A stretch of 64,000 nt of DNA from an uncultured cyanobacterium (GTDB lineage Bacteria > Cyanobacteriota > Cyanobacteriia > Phormidesmidales > Phormidesmidaceae). The DNA is taken from assembly GCA_963793265.1 (NCBI GenBank), contig CAWBZI010000006.1, positions 256,001 through 320,000 of the forward strand, given 5' to 3'. The position numbers and the translations under genes are program-made. This document shows, piece after piece, positions 37,112-45,713 of the stretch (its first letter is position 1; every line of letters starts with the position of its first letter). The notes below the pieces were generated by a model. That model was not told the DNA's origin, made no database searches, and saw only the letters and a program-made list of their open reading frames with translations.

Positions 37112-37227
37112 GCACAACTTTAAGCTCAACTATCTGAACTTAAAATCAACAGCCTTTCAACAGAAAACTAAAGTGCGTGAAAACGACACGCAGAATGAAA
37201 TTCAAAAAACTTAGGAGACTCATCACA

Positions 37228-37890
37228 ATGGTTATCACGACCTGGCTACAGCGCATTCGCACAAAGACCATGTTTCTATTCGCTTTAGCAGCGGCTATCT
37301 GTTTTACCGCCGTCGCCTGTAGCGGCGGTGGCAGTGGAACGGCTACAGCAACAGGGCCTATGATCGCCCCCGAACTCGTTGCCGACTACATCCACACCGC
37401 TCTCGCCGCCGACCGCACGGCCTACACTAAAAACGTTGTCAACCGCGCCAAAGTACTAGAAGGCAAAGAGAAAGCAGACGGCGTTCTGACCATTGAATCG
37501 ACCGAAGGCTGGCAGCAAACTGACGGCATTCCTCTGCCCGCACAAATGTTCCGCCTCGGCTCTGAAATTGCCAACGAAAACGGCGCTTATACCTACAGCC
37601 TCGTTTCTCCCTGGAATATCAACGACAACCAGGCTCCCAAAGGAGAATTTGAAGCCACATCTGTTGAAACCATGATTGAAACTGGCGAGCCGGTCAAAGG
37701 CTATCAAGAAGTCGCCGGACAGGCGTATTTCTCAGCGATGTATCCTGACTTGGCCGTTGCTGAAGCCTGCGTAACTTGCCACAACACTCACCCTGTCCAC
37801 CTAGAGCGCTACCCCGACAAAGTGTTTGAAATGGGCGACGTTATGGGCGGTATCATCATCAACATCCCCGTTGACAGTATGCCTGGCTAG
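37228..37890 (+). CDS. Tll0287-like/DUF3365 monoheme c lipoprotein
   Basis: AVAC lipobox plus Gly linker, R.AY, LPAQM, YSL.S....N....P...FE, ACVTCH, GDVMGGI; AGGAG RBS before ATG 37228. Confidence 0.8.
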   Translation: MVITTWLQRIRTKTMFLFALAAAICFTAVACSGGGSGTATATGPMIAPELVADYIHTALAADRTAYTKNVVNRAKVLEGKEKADGVLTIESTEGWQQTDGIPLPAQMFRLGSEIANENGAYTYSLVSPWNINDNQAPKGEFEATSVETMIETGEPVKGYQEVAGQAYFSAMYPDLAVAEACVTCHNTHPVHLERYPDKVFEMGDVMGGIIINIPVDSMPG

Positions 37891-37925
37891 AGGAGTCTCG
37901 AAACCCATCCCACTCCCAGCCGACA

Positions 37926-37967
37926 AAATCCCCTCTGGAGGGGTGGCCCGCAGGGACGGGGTGGGTT
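37926..37967. repeat. REP-like palindromic repeat (CCCCTC-tg-GAGGGG...GGGGTGGGTT) inside the operon
   Basis: Short GC-rich hairpin and G-rich tail of the kind seen in cyanobacterial intergenic repeats. Confidence 0.55.
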
Positions 37968-38058
37968 CCGGCAACTCTCACAGCGAACCCGGTTACCCTC
38001 GCTACAAATCTCCTTTCTATCTAGCGCTTTAATAAGAACCAACAGATCGGCAAAAGTA

Positions 38059-38676
38059 ATGAAGCCACAATTCTCTACCCTCATTATTCTGACGCTGGTT
38101 TGCGCCCTACTGCTGGTGCCCTTTGCACTCAGCCCGATCTATCTAGATGCATTGCGCGATCGCTCATTCGAGCTGCACCAGTTTTTACGCGGCGAACTCT
38201 ACAAACAAACCACCGGCTTTGCCTCCTTAGCCCTCGTCTTTGTAGAGATGACCCTCACCATGCGTAAGCGCAGCCGAAGCTGGTCTATTTGGCCCAGCAA
38301 ATGGAAGCTACCAGGGGCCGTGATGATCTGGCGCACCATCCACATTTTTATTGGCACTGCTCTAGTCGCCGTTGTTTTGGTTCACACCCTCGGCTCAAGC
38401 GGTCTTAACTACAACGCCATTTTGCTATGGGTCTTTTTTGGCGTCACGCTCTCTGCCCTCCTCGGGGTCGTCGCTGAAACCGGCGTTTTAGAATCGCCCC
38501 GCAAAATCTTTAATATCGGTAGTAACAAAGTTGTTGAAGGCAAAGCCGTTGGCATCGGCAAAGGTGCTTTGGTGCGTGGAATGCGCGCCGTTTGGCTACC
38601 CTCTCATATCTTTTTAGTGAGCGTGTTCGGGCTCATGCTCGTCATTCACATCTTTTTAGCCTATTACTTTCGCTAG
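38059..38676 (+). CDS. Polytopic membrane protein with two His pairs, putative diheme cytochrome b (ferric-reductase-like TM domain)
   Basis: WRTIHIFIGTALVAVVLVH and WLPSHIFLVSVFGLMLVIH, both H-X13-H within TM helices. Confidence 0.65.
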   Translation: MKPQFSTLIILTLVCALLLVPFALSPIYLDALRDRSFELHQFLRGELYKQTTGFASLALVFVEMTLTMRKRSRSWSIWPSKWKLPGAVMIWRTIHIFIGTALVAVVLVHTLGSSGLNYNAILLWVFFGVTLSALLGVVAETGVLESPRKIFNIGSNKVVEGKAVGIGKGALVRGMRAVWLPSHIFLVSVFGLMLVIHIFLAYYFR

Positions 38677-38688
38677 GGGCAAATCATC

Positions 38689-39174
38689 ATGATCTCAACC
38701 ACCGAAAATCGCAGCGCACTCTGGCGGTTATGGCTAGCCCTGATCGCTATTCTAGTAGCGGTATGGGCCACCCTACTACTGACCCGCCCTGCCGCCAAAA
38801 CTATGAGCATGACACCGCTCAGCGGGCTAATGACTCTGAAGTCGCTTGCCGCTGAGGCCGTCTCCTACGAAGCAGCTTTGGCAAACCAAAAGCCCACTTT
38901 TATAGAGTTCTACGCCGACTGGTGTACAACCTGCCAAAGCACCGCGCCAACCATCCAAAATCTCCATCAGCAGTACAGCGAGCAGATAAACTTTGTCATG
39001 CTCGATATTGACAATCCCAAGTGGGCATCTCAAATTGCCCAATACAAAGCCTCCGGCGTTCCTCAGTTCACGCTCATCGCTGCTGACCAAGCGCCAATCA
39101 ATACCTGGGTAGGCAAAGTGCCTAAGCCTATCTTCACCGAAACGTTCGAGCGACTGCTAGTAGAGAAGCCATGA
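38689..39174 (+). CDS. Membrane-anchored thioredoxin-like thiol:disulfide oxidoreductase (CcsX/ResA/TxlA-like)
   Basis: N-terminal TM, EFYADWCTTC, GVP cis-Pro loop. Confidence 0.85.
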   Translation: MISTTENRSALWRLWLALIAILVAVWATLLLTRPAAKTMSMTPLSGLMTLKSLAAEAVSYEAALANQKPTFIEFYADWCTTCQSTAPTIQNLHQQYSEQINFVMLDIDNPKWASQIAQYKASGVPQFTLIAADQAPINTWVGKVPKPIFTETFERLLVEKP

Positions 39175-39389
39175 CTATTCTTCGCCGGTTTATTCAATTC
39201 CTAGAGTGGCTAGAAACCGCTCAAGACTTCTGCCACTTTCTAGCGCAGCCTACGGGCCTATCGCTAACCGCCGCGCTCCTTCTCTACTGCCCAATTCAGA
39301 TGCTAGGGTGCGATCGCCTCTCAGCTGCAACCCTATCGTGCACCATCGCGCTTACGCTATTTTGCCTATCAGAGCGCCCCGACTTCTAG
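39171..39389 (+). CDS. Small hypothetical membrane protein
   Basis: 72 aa, ATGA overlap with the thioredoxin stop, two hydrophobic segments. Confidence 0.5.
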   Translation: MTILRRFIQFLEWLETAQDFCHFLAQPTGLSLTAALLLYCPIQMLGCDRLSAATLSCTIALTLFCLSERPDF

Positions 39390-39393
39390 CTTT

Positions 39394-41298
39394 CTATGCA
39401 GGCGACGAGTACTGATAAATCAACGCCCCTTTCACCTGCTTCAACTGCGCCCACTGTTCTGTTTGATTGATAAATCGCAGCGCGTAGTCTTGTGAAAGTG
39501 CCATTTCTGACCTGATTAACTGCTCTAGCTGAGGATCGGGCTTGTAGTTTTGGCCCATGCCTTGATAAAAACGTCGGGCGATCGCAATCACGTAAAAAGC
39601 ATGATCACCGAACCGCGCCGCCTCACACCGCACAACATACACCGCACCAATCTCATCGAGCGTCGCAAAATAATCTCCTAACTGTCTGACCTCCTCACTA
39701 GGCAAATCATGGGGAACAAACGACGCTTTATCATTTAGCTTTGCTCGCTCAGCCAGCACCAGATTCCAAACGTTCTCATGCTGCTGCCATCGCTGTTTAT
39801 AAGGTTCAGCCAGTGCAGGCTGCGCTTGATTGAGATAAAGAGAATAGGCAGAGCGACAAGCTGAAACCAACAAAGACGGATCTTTATCTATGACGAATTC
39901 CAGATGAGAAATGCAATCTTTGTTCTGTTGTTCGCTAAGCAAACGACCTAGCCAGTATCGAACCTTTGTATTATTCGGAGCCTCTGCCGCAATCTCTTGA
40001 AAAATAGGTAATATCTTTGCGTTTTCATCGAGCTGTCGAACCAATAAAGCTCTTTTAATTCTCTCTTCTATGGTTAGAGAATTGGCTTTGCTGTTCAGAT
40101 AGTCAAGGCGATCGCGCAATCTCTGCCCCGCTCCATAGCTCATCTTCCAACCCACCGAAATCTCTTTCTTCCACAGCCGATCAAGCTCCTCAGTCAAAGC
40201 ACCTGCATAGTCGCCCAGAAGAGAAGTCGCCCGCTCATCAGATTGAACTAAAACATCAGGAATTTCATACCCCAAAGCGCCTAACCGCTCACTTAAACAT
40301 GGATGCGTAGAAGCATTATCAGTTTGTTGAACCAAACGCAGCGCCAGCCAATCTTTAACCCGAGCAGGTGCTATCGAAGAGGCCAGCGCAACCATCATCT
40401 GAGTGACAAAATCATCCGGCGGCTCCGATGAATCCATCGTCTGACGACGAAAAGCCGGATAAAACTCCTCACTCAACCGCGAACTATTTACTCCCAACCA
40501 AATCAAAGCCTCAGCCTTATGCTGTGCCCCCACAATCTCAGCCGCCCGCCGATCCGCCTCATACTCCTGCGACCTGGCATGAACAAAAGAATACGCTTTA
40601 AAAAACGGCCCATACCAGCTAAAAAAGCGCTTGAACAAAAAGCCCCCACCGCCACGCTCAAACCGCTCAGCCAAATCGTACCAAGTCCGCCGAATTCGAT
40701 AAATCCAAGCGCCTACCTTGCCATCACCACCGCATAAATGCGCCAGCTCGTGCGCCATTACCGCCTCAAGCTGCTGAGGTGAAAGCGCCTGCATCAGCGG
40801 CAGTCCAACCACCAAAATATTCGTTTGCCAGCCAATAAAGCCAAGCTTGGGCAACTGCATAATCCCAGCATTGAGATCGTCGTTAAGAATGACCCGGTTA
40901 AGCTTGGGCGCTTGCAGCTTTAGCGACAAATTATCAAGCATTTCAAATAGCAAAGGCACCTGAGCCCGCTTCAGCTCAACGCCCTTTGGCGGCTTCACCC
41001 AAACAAAAAACAAGCTAGCAAAGCCTATTGCCAGCAGCAAAGCGACCATTCCAAACTGATAGAAGATCTCGGGATTGCCTGCCGCAACTATCAGCCCAAA
41101 TACTAGCCACAGTCCGCCAAATAGCAGCGCGAAAACAATCGCAATATATACATAGCCAAGGCTCGCCAGCCACCGCAAACGCCTGCGATAGTAAGCCGGG
41201 TTCCGCTGCGCTACGATCTCGATTTTTCGCACTAGCGCATCAAACGCCTCTGGGGTCGAAATCTTTCTTTTCTGAAGCTGAGCTAGCCGACGAGCCAT
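39394..41298 (-). CDS. M48 family metallopeptidase with TPR-like C-terminus
   Basis: HELAH zinc motif, EYEAD, THP...R; two N-terminal TMs. Confidence 0.85.
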   Translation of the reverse strand: MARRLAQLQKRKISTPEAFDALVRKIEIVAQRNPAYYRRRLRWLASLGYVYIAIVFALLFGGLWLVFGLIVAAGNPEIFYQFGMVALLLAIGFASLFFVWVKPPKGVELKRAQVPLLFEMLDNLSLKLQAPKLNRVILNDDLNAGIMQLPKLGFIGWQTNILVVGLPLMQALSPQQLEAVMAHELAHLCGGDGKVGAWIYRIRRTWYDLAERFERGGGGFLFKRFFSWYGPFFKAYSFVHARSQEYEADRRAAEIVGAQHKAEALIWLGVNSSRLSEEFYPAFRRQTMDSSEPPDDFVTQMMVALASSIAPARVKDWLALRLVQQTDNASTHPCLSERLGALGYEIPDVLVQSDERATSLLGDYAGALTEELDRLWKKEISVGWKMSYGAGQRLRDRLDYLNSKANSLTIEERIKRALLVRQLDENAKILPIFQEIAAEAPNNTKVRYWLGRLLSEQQNKDCISHLEFVIDKDPSLLVSACRSAYSLYLNQAQPALAEPYKQRWQQHENVWNLVLAERAKLNDKASFVPHDLPSEEVRQLGDYFATLDEIGAVYVVRCEAARFGDHAFYVIAIARRFYQGMGQNYKPDPQLEQLIRSEMALSQDYALRFINQTEQWAQLKQVKGALIYQYSSPA

Positions 41299-41326
41299 AG
41301 GCTTAACGCATATTTCTGCGCTCTAT

Positions 41327-41992
41327 TTAGAACCGCTTAAATGCTAGCAATAATCCATCCCCAATCGGCAAAAGGCTCATCGTCACGCGCTGATCGTCCC
41401 GTACTTTTTCGTTTAAAGCGCGAATTCGTTTTGTTCTATTATCTTTCACTTCCGGGTCAGCAACACGGCCGTACCAAAGCGTATTGTCGATGGCAATCAG
41501 ACCACCAGGACGAATAAGCTGTAGCGATTTTTCATAATAATTGTCGTAGTTGCTTTTATCGGCATCGATAAAGGCAAAGTCAAACGTGTTGCTTTCTGCG
41601 GCGGCAATCAGGCCATCTAAGGTTTCTAAGGCTGGGGCGATGCGAAGGTCTATTTTGTCCTCTACGTTTGCTTTTTTCCAGTAGGAGCGGGCGATCGCAC
41701 AAAAATCCTCACTCACATCGCAAGCCACCACCTTGCCATCATCCGGCAGCGCCATCGCCACCACCAGCGCACTATAGCCGGTAAACACACCCACCTCTAG
41801 CGTCTTTTTCGCGCCCATAAGCTGCACCAGCAGGGCCATAAACTGTCCCTGCTCAGGCGAAATCTGCATTCTCGCCTGCGGGTGGGCCATCGTCTCCCGC
41901 CGCAAATCCGCTAGTACCTCTGCCTCACGTAGCGTAGCCGAGAGCAAATAGTTATAGAGCCGGTCATTAAGGCCGATCGTTTGATTAGACAT
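41327..41992 (-). CDS. Cation-dependent O-methyltransferase (CCoAOMT/COMT family)
   Basis: LEVGVFTGYS, FDFAFIDADK, DN.LW.G, LPIGDG. Confidence 0.9.
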   Translation of the reverse strand: MSNQTIGLNDRLYNYLLSATLREAEVLADLRRETMAHPQARMQISPEQGQFMALLVQLMGAKKTLEVGVFTGYSALVVAMALPDDGKVVACDVSEDFCAIARSYWKKANVEDKIDLRIAPALETLDGLIAAAESNTFDFAFIDADKSNYDNYYEKSLQLIRPGGLIAIDNTLWYGRVADPEVKDNRTKRIRALNEKVRDDQRVTMSLLPIGDGLLLAFKRF

Positions 41993-42008
41993 TCGGTGAA
42001 GTAAAAAA

Positions 42009-42584
42009 CTACGCCGCGCACAGTACGCTGCGCATCGTCTTCATATTACCGGGTAAGTCGTGGCGAATCGCCTGCTCAATTAAAAAACTAGGGACTGGGA
42101 TCAAAGGTGTTGCCTTCACTGAGTAAGTGATGAGTGTGCCTTGGCCATAATCCTCTAACGTAAGATCTGCTGCAAAATCTGAAAAAGTGCCGCGCTCTAA
42201 GCGAAACTGAATTTTTTGGTGGACGGTTTCAATCACCTGAAGGTAAATCTCTACCTGCGCTGAAAACATCAAAAAGGCCCGGCGAGCCACCTGATACAAA
42301 CGGCGCGTCATCGGATGCGTTTTTGACTGCCTTTTGACTTCTAGTACCTGACTTTGGACAATATCAGGAAAGTACTGAACCCACTTGCTATAGTCAGTCA
42401 GCTTTTGCCAGGTGAGCTGTCGCACCATCGGCACGTACATCGTCGCGGTTACCGCTGCCCCTGAGTTCGTGGGCGTCATCGAAATCAAAACGTCGCCTTT
42501 TAATAAAGACTGTTCCTGCTCAGAGGTGACGGTAGCGTGAGCAGAGGGCTGTGCGGCGAGTGTTGAAAGTACTGTCATAGACAA
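42009..42584 (-). CDS. SRPBCC/START (polyketide cyclase-like) family protein
   Basis: W..LTDY..W..YFPD...S, GTF.DF, T...Y.V...P. Confidence 0.75.
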   Translation of the reverse strand: MSMTVLSTLAAQPSAHATVTSEQEQSLLKGDVLISMTPTNSGAAVTATMYVPMVRQLTWQKLTDYSKWVQYFPDIVQSQVLEVKRQSKTHPMTRRLYQVARRAFLMFSAQVEIYLQVIETVHQKIQFRLERGTFSDFAADLTLEDYGQGTLITYSVKATPLIPVPSFLIEQAIRHDLPGNMKTMRSVLCAA

Positions 42585-43016
42585 AAGCGAGCCTAATAAA
42601 GAACCTGAAGTGCGCTAAACAGCGCTTTTGACTAGCCCTGTTAATGGCGCTTTAGCATAGCGTTTTAGAAACTTAGAAATACTTAATTACTAAGCTGGTC
42701 GTTTTATGATCTTCGTCATTATTGCCTAATATTACGGAAGCCACGGTTAAGTGCAGGACAGAAGTCAGTAAACTTTTAGTAAAATTACTGAGTTTGCCGC
42801 CGAGCAGATTCCGTAAAGCAGGCCCCTTGAGGGTGCCCGATTGGCTCCCAAGACGTGCCCTAATTTGCCGGTGTTCCTACCGAAATGAATAAATTTTCTT
42901 GTTTTGACCTGTAGCCCAGCGTTTTCTTATCAAAAAAGAAAAATTGCTGAAGCAAACGGATTCAATCTATCTAAACCTGTAGGACACTATTCACAGCTCT
43001 ATCAACCACAATCACC

Positions 43017-43202
43017 ATGGCTAATCGCTTCCGCCTCAAGCCCGGATCTCAGCTACTCTTATTTTTGGTGTGCTTTACCTTCGGCGTATGGGTGCTGCGC
43101 GGTTTGACGCTGCTCTCGTTTATGCCCGGCATCGTCCTCTATTTGCTAATGTTCGCCTGCCTAGCTGTTTTTATTGTCAACAGCATTCGCTCCATGCGGT
43201 AG
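43017..43202 (+). CDS. Small 2-TM hypothetical protein
   Basis: 61-aa ATG ORF; VWVLRG..LL.F.PG pattern typical of small cyanobacterial membrane proteins. Confidence 0.6.
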   Translation: MANRFRLKPGSQLLLFLVCFTFGVWVLRGLTLLSFMPGIVLYLLMFACLAVFIVNSIRSMR

Positions 43203-44210
43203 CGGGTCATGCGGTAGTGGGCTACGCGGTAGTGGACACGAGGCACTCTTTTTCTCCACCATCGCCCGTCCCACCGTCAAGTTCAGCAGATCTCCGATCA
43301 GCATCACCAAAGATGTGATCCATAGCCACAGCAGCAGCACAATCACACTAGCCACCGCGCTATAAACGAAGTTACCAAAGTGCTGAACGTATAGCCGAAA
43401 CAGTCCAGAAATAATCGCCCAGGAAAGCGCTGCTAGCACCGCGCCCGGCATCAGCGGCTTACCCGGATTCCAGCGACTTGGGCCAAACCGATAGACGAAG
43501 GCAAAAGCCGTTGACATCACGCCCAAGGCCAGCGGCCAGCGGAATAAACTCCAAATAGTCGATACCCAAAGGCCCACATCGCCACGGCTGCGGGCCACTA
43601 GCTCCTGCACAATTAGGTCGCTGACGAAAATCAGGCTTGAGGCCGTTATGAGTAGGGCAATGGTGCCTAGCGTTAGTGCTATCGACACCAGGCGAGCTTT
43701 CCAAAAGGGGCGTCTGCGCAGGGGTGGGATCTGGTGCATTTGGTCGAGCGATCGCATGGCCGCACTCATTGCCCCCGACGACGCCCACAGCGCAAAGGCA
43801 AAACTCACCGAAAACAGCCCTCGGCTCTGGTTCTCCACCACGCTCGTCTCAAAACCATAAATCAGCTCAGGCACCCCACCTGGGGCCACTTCGCCCAGGC
43901 TGGTAATCATTTTGATAAAAGTTGACTTCAGCGGCGCGAACAGACCAATCGCTGTCAAAAAAGCCAGTATTGCCGGGAACAAACCCAGCATGGAGTTATA
44001 CGCCATTTCTGAGGCCAAGCTAGGAAGCCTTTGGCGAAAAACATCGCGCACAACCCAGCGCACGACCTGCCAGTTGATGTGTCTCAAAAATCTGGCAAAT
44101 TCAAACGGCGAAAGGTTACGCCAAATTCGCTCCAACGGCTTTTGCTGGCGGTAGGTGGCGTATATTTTTTTAGAGATCGCGCGGCGATTGGGAGGCAAAA
44201 GCAGGCACAA
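43161..44210 (-). CDS. YihY/virulence factor BrkB family membrane protein (start uncertain)
   Basis: ASEMAY...LGLFP, LWASS, YRFGP, PGA.LA..W. Confidence 0.85.
   Translation of the reverse strand: MCLLLPPNRRAISKKIYATYRQQKPLERIWRNLSPFEFARFLRHINWQVVRWVVRDVFRQRLPSLASEMAYNSMLGLFPAILAFLTAIGLFAPLKSTFIKMITSLGEVAPGGVPELIYGFETSVVENQSRGLFSVSFAFALWASSGAMSAAMRSLDQMHQIPPLRRRPFWKARLVSIALTLGTIALLITASSLIFVSDLIVQELVARSRGDVGLWVSTIWSLFRWPLALGVMSTAFAFVYRFGPSRWNPGKPLMPGAVLAALSWAIISGLFRLYVQHFGNFVYSAVASVIVLLLWLWITSLVMLIGDLLNLTVGRAMVEKKSASCPLPRSPLPHDPLPHGANAVDNKNS
43193..43236. repeat. 3 x 15-bp imperfect tandem repeat (YAYGCGGTAGYGGRY)
   Basis: catgcggtagcgggt / catgcggtagtgggc / tacgcggtagtgga. Confidence 0.8.
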
Positions 44211-44279
44211 AGGGGATCGGACTCTACTTATATAGCCTATTTTGAGCAGGCTTTCTGCTCTCGAACGAGAGGGGATGCG

Positions 44280-45713
44280 CTAGAACTGGAAGTAAATAAA
44301 GGCCGTGTAGCCAACGGGCACGAGCGTCAAAATGACGGCTGCTGCAAAACCATAGCCCACTGCAAATAGTTGATTGGGCAGCTTGGCGAGCGCTTGTGTC
44401 CACACCTGACGCGCGGTGAGCCAGTGCAGAACTGCTAGCACAGCGATGAAGCCTAGAATGCCGATGCTAAGCTGCTGGGTACCGGGCGATCGCAACAGCA
44501 CAAAAGACTTAATTACCGTCATCGCCGTAGCAAAACTCCCCGCTCTGAAAAACACCCAGGTAATGCACACCCAGTAAAAAGTCAGCAGTGCGCCCCACAG
44601 GCTCCACCGATGAACCGCCTTAGCGCCTTTTTGAGATTTAACAAAACCCGCTGAATTCTGCTGAAACTTACTCCATTCCTTATGCGCAATCAGCGCCCCC
44701 CCGTGCAGTGCGCCCCACACCACAAACGTCCAAGCGGCTCCGTGCCACAGCCCGCCTAGCACCATCGTGAGCATGAGGTTGCGGTACGTAAAGAGCGCAT
44801 TGCCCCGGTTCCCGCCCAGTGGAATGTATAGATAGTCCTTGAGCCAGGTGGAGAGGCTGATGTGCCAGCGCCGCCAGAAGTCGGTAATGCTGCTGGCGAA
44901 ATAGGGAAAGTCAAAGTTAAGGCAGAGTTCGTAGCCGAGCAGGCCCGCGCAGGCGATCGCCATATCTGAATAGCCCGAAAAGTCGCAGTAAATCTGCACC
45001 GTATAGCTCAAAACCCCAATCCAGCTACTCAGCGCGTCAAACGCTTCAGGCGCAGAAAAGTAGCGATCCACAATCGGCGCAAGGTTATCTGACACGCAAG
45101 CCTTCTTAAAAAAGCCCACCATAAACAAGGTCAGACAGGCCCGCACGTTCACCTGGCTAAAGCTACGAGCCACATCTAGCTGCGGCAAAAAGTCAGAGGC
45201 GCGCACAATCGGCCCGGCTACCAACTGCGGGAAAAAGGCCACAAAGGTTGCTAAGTCCAGCAGGCTTTTTCGAGGCTGCAAGCGCCCCGCATAAATATCT
45301 AACGAATAGCTCAGCGTTTGAAATGTATAAAAGCTGATGCCCACCGGCAGCACAATATTCAGCGTCACCGCATTCACCGGGAGCCCAGCCCAGCCAAAGA
45401 AGCCCACCGCCGAATCGGCAAAGAAATTCGCATACTTGAAAAAGGCCAGCGCCCCCAGGTTCACACACAGGCTCACCATCAGCCAGTTGCGCTTAGCTCT
45501 AGCGCTCTGCGGTTTTACCAAATTAAGCCCGACCACATAGTCAACCAGTGTCGAACCAATAATCAACGACAGAAACCGCCAGTCCCAAGCGCCGTAAAAG
45601 GCATAGCTACAGGCCAAAATCCAGCCCTTACGCCAGCCGTTATGCCGCAGCGCCCAATACACCCCAAAGACGACCGCAAAGAAGAGAAAAAATCGAAACT
45701 CTGTGAAAATCAT
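44280..45713 (-). CDS. MBOAT family O-acyltransferase (AlgI/PatA-like)
   Basis: LPVGISFYTFQ, FFPQLVAGPI, DFSGYSD, FWRRWHISLS, GLWHGA. Confidence 0.92.
   Translation of the reverse strand: MIFTEFRFFLFFAVVFGVYWALRHNGWRKGWILACSYAFYGAWDWRFLSLIIGSTLVDYVVGLNLVKPQSARAKRNWLMVSLCVNLGALAFFKYANFFADSAVGFFGWAGLPVNAVTLNIVLPVGISFYTFQTLSYSLDIYAGRLQPRKSLLDLATFVAFFPQLVAGPIVRASDFLPQLDVARSFSQVNVRACLTLFMVGFFKKACVSDNLAPIVDRYFSAPEAFDALSSWIGVLSYTVQIYCDFSGYSDMAIACAGLLGYELCLNFDFPYFASSITDFWRRWHISLSTWLKDYLYIPLGGNRGNALFTYRNLMLTMVLGGLWHGAAWTFVVWGALHGGALIAHKEWSKFQQNSAGFVKSQKGAKAVHRWSLWGALLTFYWVCITWVFFRAGSFATAMTVIKSFVLLRSPGTQQLSIGILGFIAVLAVLHWLTARQVWTQALAKLPNQLFAVGYGFAAAVILTLVPVGYTAFIYFQF

Noticed and set aside
42585..43016. 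Long intergenic region with an AGTAA-aa-TTACT palindrome near 42778-42789
   Set aside because: Short AT-rich palindrome that cannot be assigned to a regulator or RNA from sequence alone
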